DNA of 64,000 bases from Okamejei kenojei (lineage: Eukaryota), in assembly GCA_035221665.1 (NCBI GenBank), contig CM069163.1, forward strand, positions 23,870,001 to 23,934,000, given 5' to 3'. Positions within the stretch are counted from its first letter, which is position 1, and every line of letters begins with the position of its first letter. Positions 63,601-64,000 of this stretch are shown here, piece by piece. A model generated the notes under the pieces. That model made no database searches. It was not told the DNA's origin and saw only the letters and a program-made list of their open reading frames with translations. Position numbers and translations under genes: made by a program.

Positions 63601-63713
63601 AATCTGATTGAAAAGCACAAATCAGACTCACCGTGGCTGCAGCTGGCATGCGGCCCGACATCAACTGGTACACTGTCTGCAGAGGATCATTGATGGGTAG
63701 GCTATTGGCAAAC
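40180..63713 (-). CDS. SEC16A: Protein transport protein Sec16A, last 18 coding exons (about 685 aa); 5' part lies right of the window
   Basis: Sec16 ACE1-region motifs [46 protein letters not shown]; C-terminal [13 protein letters not shown] and [11 protein letters not shown]; phases continuous to TAA. Confidence 0.95.
41351..41422 (-). CDS. SEC16A: SEC16A exon
   Basis: [24 protein letters not shown]. Confidence 0.92.
41540..42116 (+). mobile_element. CR1 LINE 3' fragment, antisense in a SEC16A intron
   Basis: [14 protein letters not shown]...VQRRFMRL...LGLYSLEF; TTTCTATG tail. Confidence 0.9.
42865..43225 (-). mobile_element. Older CR1 3' fragment
   Basis: KTRGHRL...[13 protein letters not shown]. 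Confidence 0.75.
43945..44033 (-). CDS. SEC16A: SEC16A exon
   Basis: [29 protein letters not shown]; phase 1 to 0. Confidence 0.85.
44695..44829 (-). CDS. SEC16A: SEC16A exon
   Basis: [13 protein letters not shown]...[17 protein letters not shown]. Confidence 0.95.
46264..46375 (-). CDS. SEC16A: SEC16A exon
   Basis: [11 protein letters not shown]...VNRFSRKA. Confidence 0.9.
46885..47093. mobile_element. PIF/Harbinger-type MITE in a SEC16A intron
   Basis: TIRs AGGGCCTGTCCCACTTGG / CCAAGTGGGACAGGCCCT; flanks CAA and TAA; CpG-rich interior. Confidence 0.85.
47585..47641 (-). CDS. SEC16A: SEC16A exon
   Basis: [19 protein letters not shown]. Confidence 0.95.
48563..48604. repeat. C42 homopolymer (G42 on the SEC16A sense strand)
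   Basis: Directly visible. Confidence 0.85.
48639..48710 (-). CDS. SEC16A: SEC16A exon
   Basis: [24 protein letters not shown]. Confidence 0.93.
50303..50482 (-). CDS. SEC16A: SEC16A exon
   Basis: [21 protein letters not shown]...EGKKGK. Confidence 0.88.
51952..51999 (-). CDS. SEC16A: SEC16A 48-nt symmetric mini-exon
   Basis: gaagcag|[16 protein letters not shown]|gtacgc; phase 0-0; resembles the next exon. Confidence 0.72.
53127..53227 (-). CDS. SEC16A: SEC16A exon
   Basis: [33 protein letters not shown]; GTAAGG donor. Confidence 0.88.
54235..54483 (-). CDS. SEC16A: SEC16A exon
   Basis: Pro-rich PRAVLDG...[10 protein letters not shown]...; phase 1-1. Confidence 0.85.
55355..55565 (-). 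CDS. SEC16A: SEC16A exon
   Basis: [27 protein letters not shown]...ENPLM...QLMPA. Confidence 0.9.
55662..55775 (-). CDS. SEC16A: SEC16A exon
   Basis: [15 protein letters not shown]...[15 protein letters not shown]. Confidence 0.93.
55836..57061 (-). mobile_element. Young 5'-truncated CR1 LINE (reverse transcriptase and C-terminus)
   Basis: [33 protein letters not shown]; few disruptions; AGTATTAATA direct repeats at 55826-55835 and 57062-57071. Confidence 0.93.
57210..57263 (+). ncRNA. Predicted minimal HDV/CPEB3-like self-cleaving ribozyme
   Basis: Same P1, P3 and L3 as 7133-7186; P2 GAUUGCG/UGCAAUC; J4/2 CUAA. Confidence 0.78.
57210..57345 (+). mobile_element. Short non-autonomous retroelement headed by an HDV-like ribozyme (copy 2)
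   Basis: Perfect 11-bp TSD ATGTGAAAACT at 57199-57209 and 57346-57356; GAAAGAAGAA tail. Confidence 0.88.
59688..59828 (-). CDS. SEC16A: SEC16A exon
   Basis: [26 protein letters not shown]. Confidence 0.95.
59969..60074 (-). CDS. SEC16A: SEC16A exon
   Basis: [23 protein letters not shown]...PNFQ. Confidence 0.95.
61261..61372 (-). CDS. SEC16A: SEC16A exon
   Basis: [35 protein letters not shown]. Confidence 0.95.
62099..62216 (-). CDS. SEC16A: SEC16A exon
   Basis: [21 protein letters not shown]...TMGDTL. Confidence 0.95.
62638..62878. mobile_element. Penelope-end fold-back element with hammerhead-like core on minus (62734-62769)
   Basis: ~100-bp inverted arms; perfect 15-bp TSD CATTTAAGATGCCAC at 62623-62637 and 62879-62893. 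Confidence 0.85.
63218..63518 (+). mobile_element. V-SINE/HE1-like SINE
   Basis: Homologous to 13349-13657; CTAAA tail. Confidence 0.8.
63632..63713 (-). CDS. SEC16A: SEC16A exon
   Basis: [27 protein letters not shown]. Confidence 0.95.
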
Positions 63714-64000
63714 CTACAAAGAACGAAGCTTAACTTATTAGACTGTATATTGTATTGGGTAGGATTTCCTAAGGATAAAACATCAGAGCATATCAAGGTG
63801 ACAAAAAGCAAGGTGTAATTTATTTCCAGCTCCCCTGTTCTGAAGGACAGGGCAGGGTCAATTGAGGACATAATTCTGTTCTTTCATTCCTTAAGCCTGA
63901 ACAACTCCGATATACCACGTGATACACCATCAACCCAAGACTTCACCCCAGATAAGGACGGTTAGACTACTCATCTTCGCGGGTAACCATTGAGCCCAAC

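Overview
Eukaryotic, intron-rich vertebrate DNA. The repeat landscape (CR1 LINEs, V-SINE/HE1-type SINEs, Penelope-derived hairpins, Rex/Babar) suggests a cartilaginous fish, probably a skate or ray (inference). The window holds the conserved block ENTR1/SDCCAG3 (5' end, minus) <-> PMPCA (complete, 14 coding exons, 516 aa, plus) -> <- INPP5E (complete, 10 coding exons, about 645 aa, minus) <- SEC16A (last 18 coding exons, minus), the same order as human 9q34.3. Exons were built by hand from GT/AG sites and phase continuity; most ORF-track entries are spurious. The strongest unexpected signal is a ~140-bp non-coding retroelement, present twice (7046-7186 minus, 57210-57345 plus). Each copy has an 11-bp target-site duplication and starts exactly at G1 of a minimal 54-nt HDV/CPEB3-like ribozyme fold. 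Also notable: many Penelope-end fold-back elements with 14-15-bp TSDs and hammerhead-like cores, a MITE against the INPP5E promoter, an extra PMPCA intron, a PMPCA exon fragment in the ENTR1 intron, and a 75-codon open frame behind the INPP5E CaaX stop.
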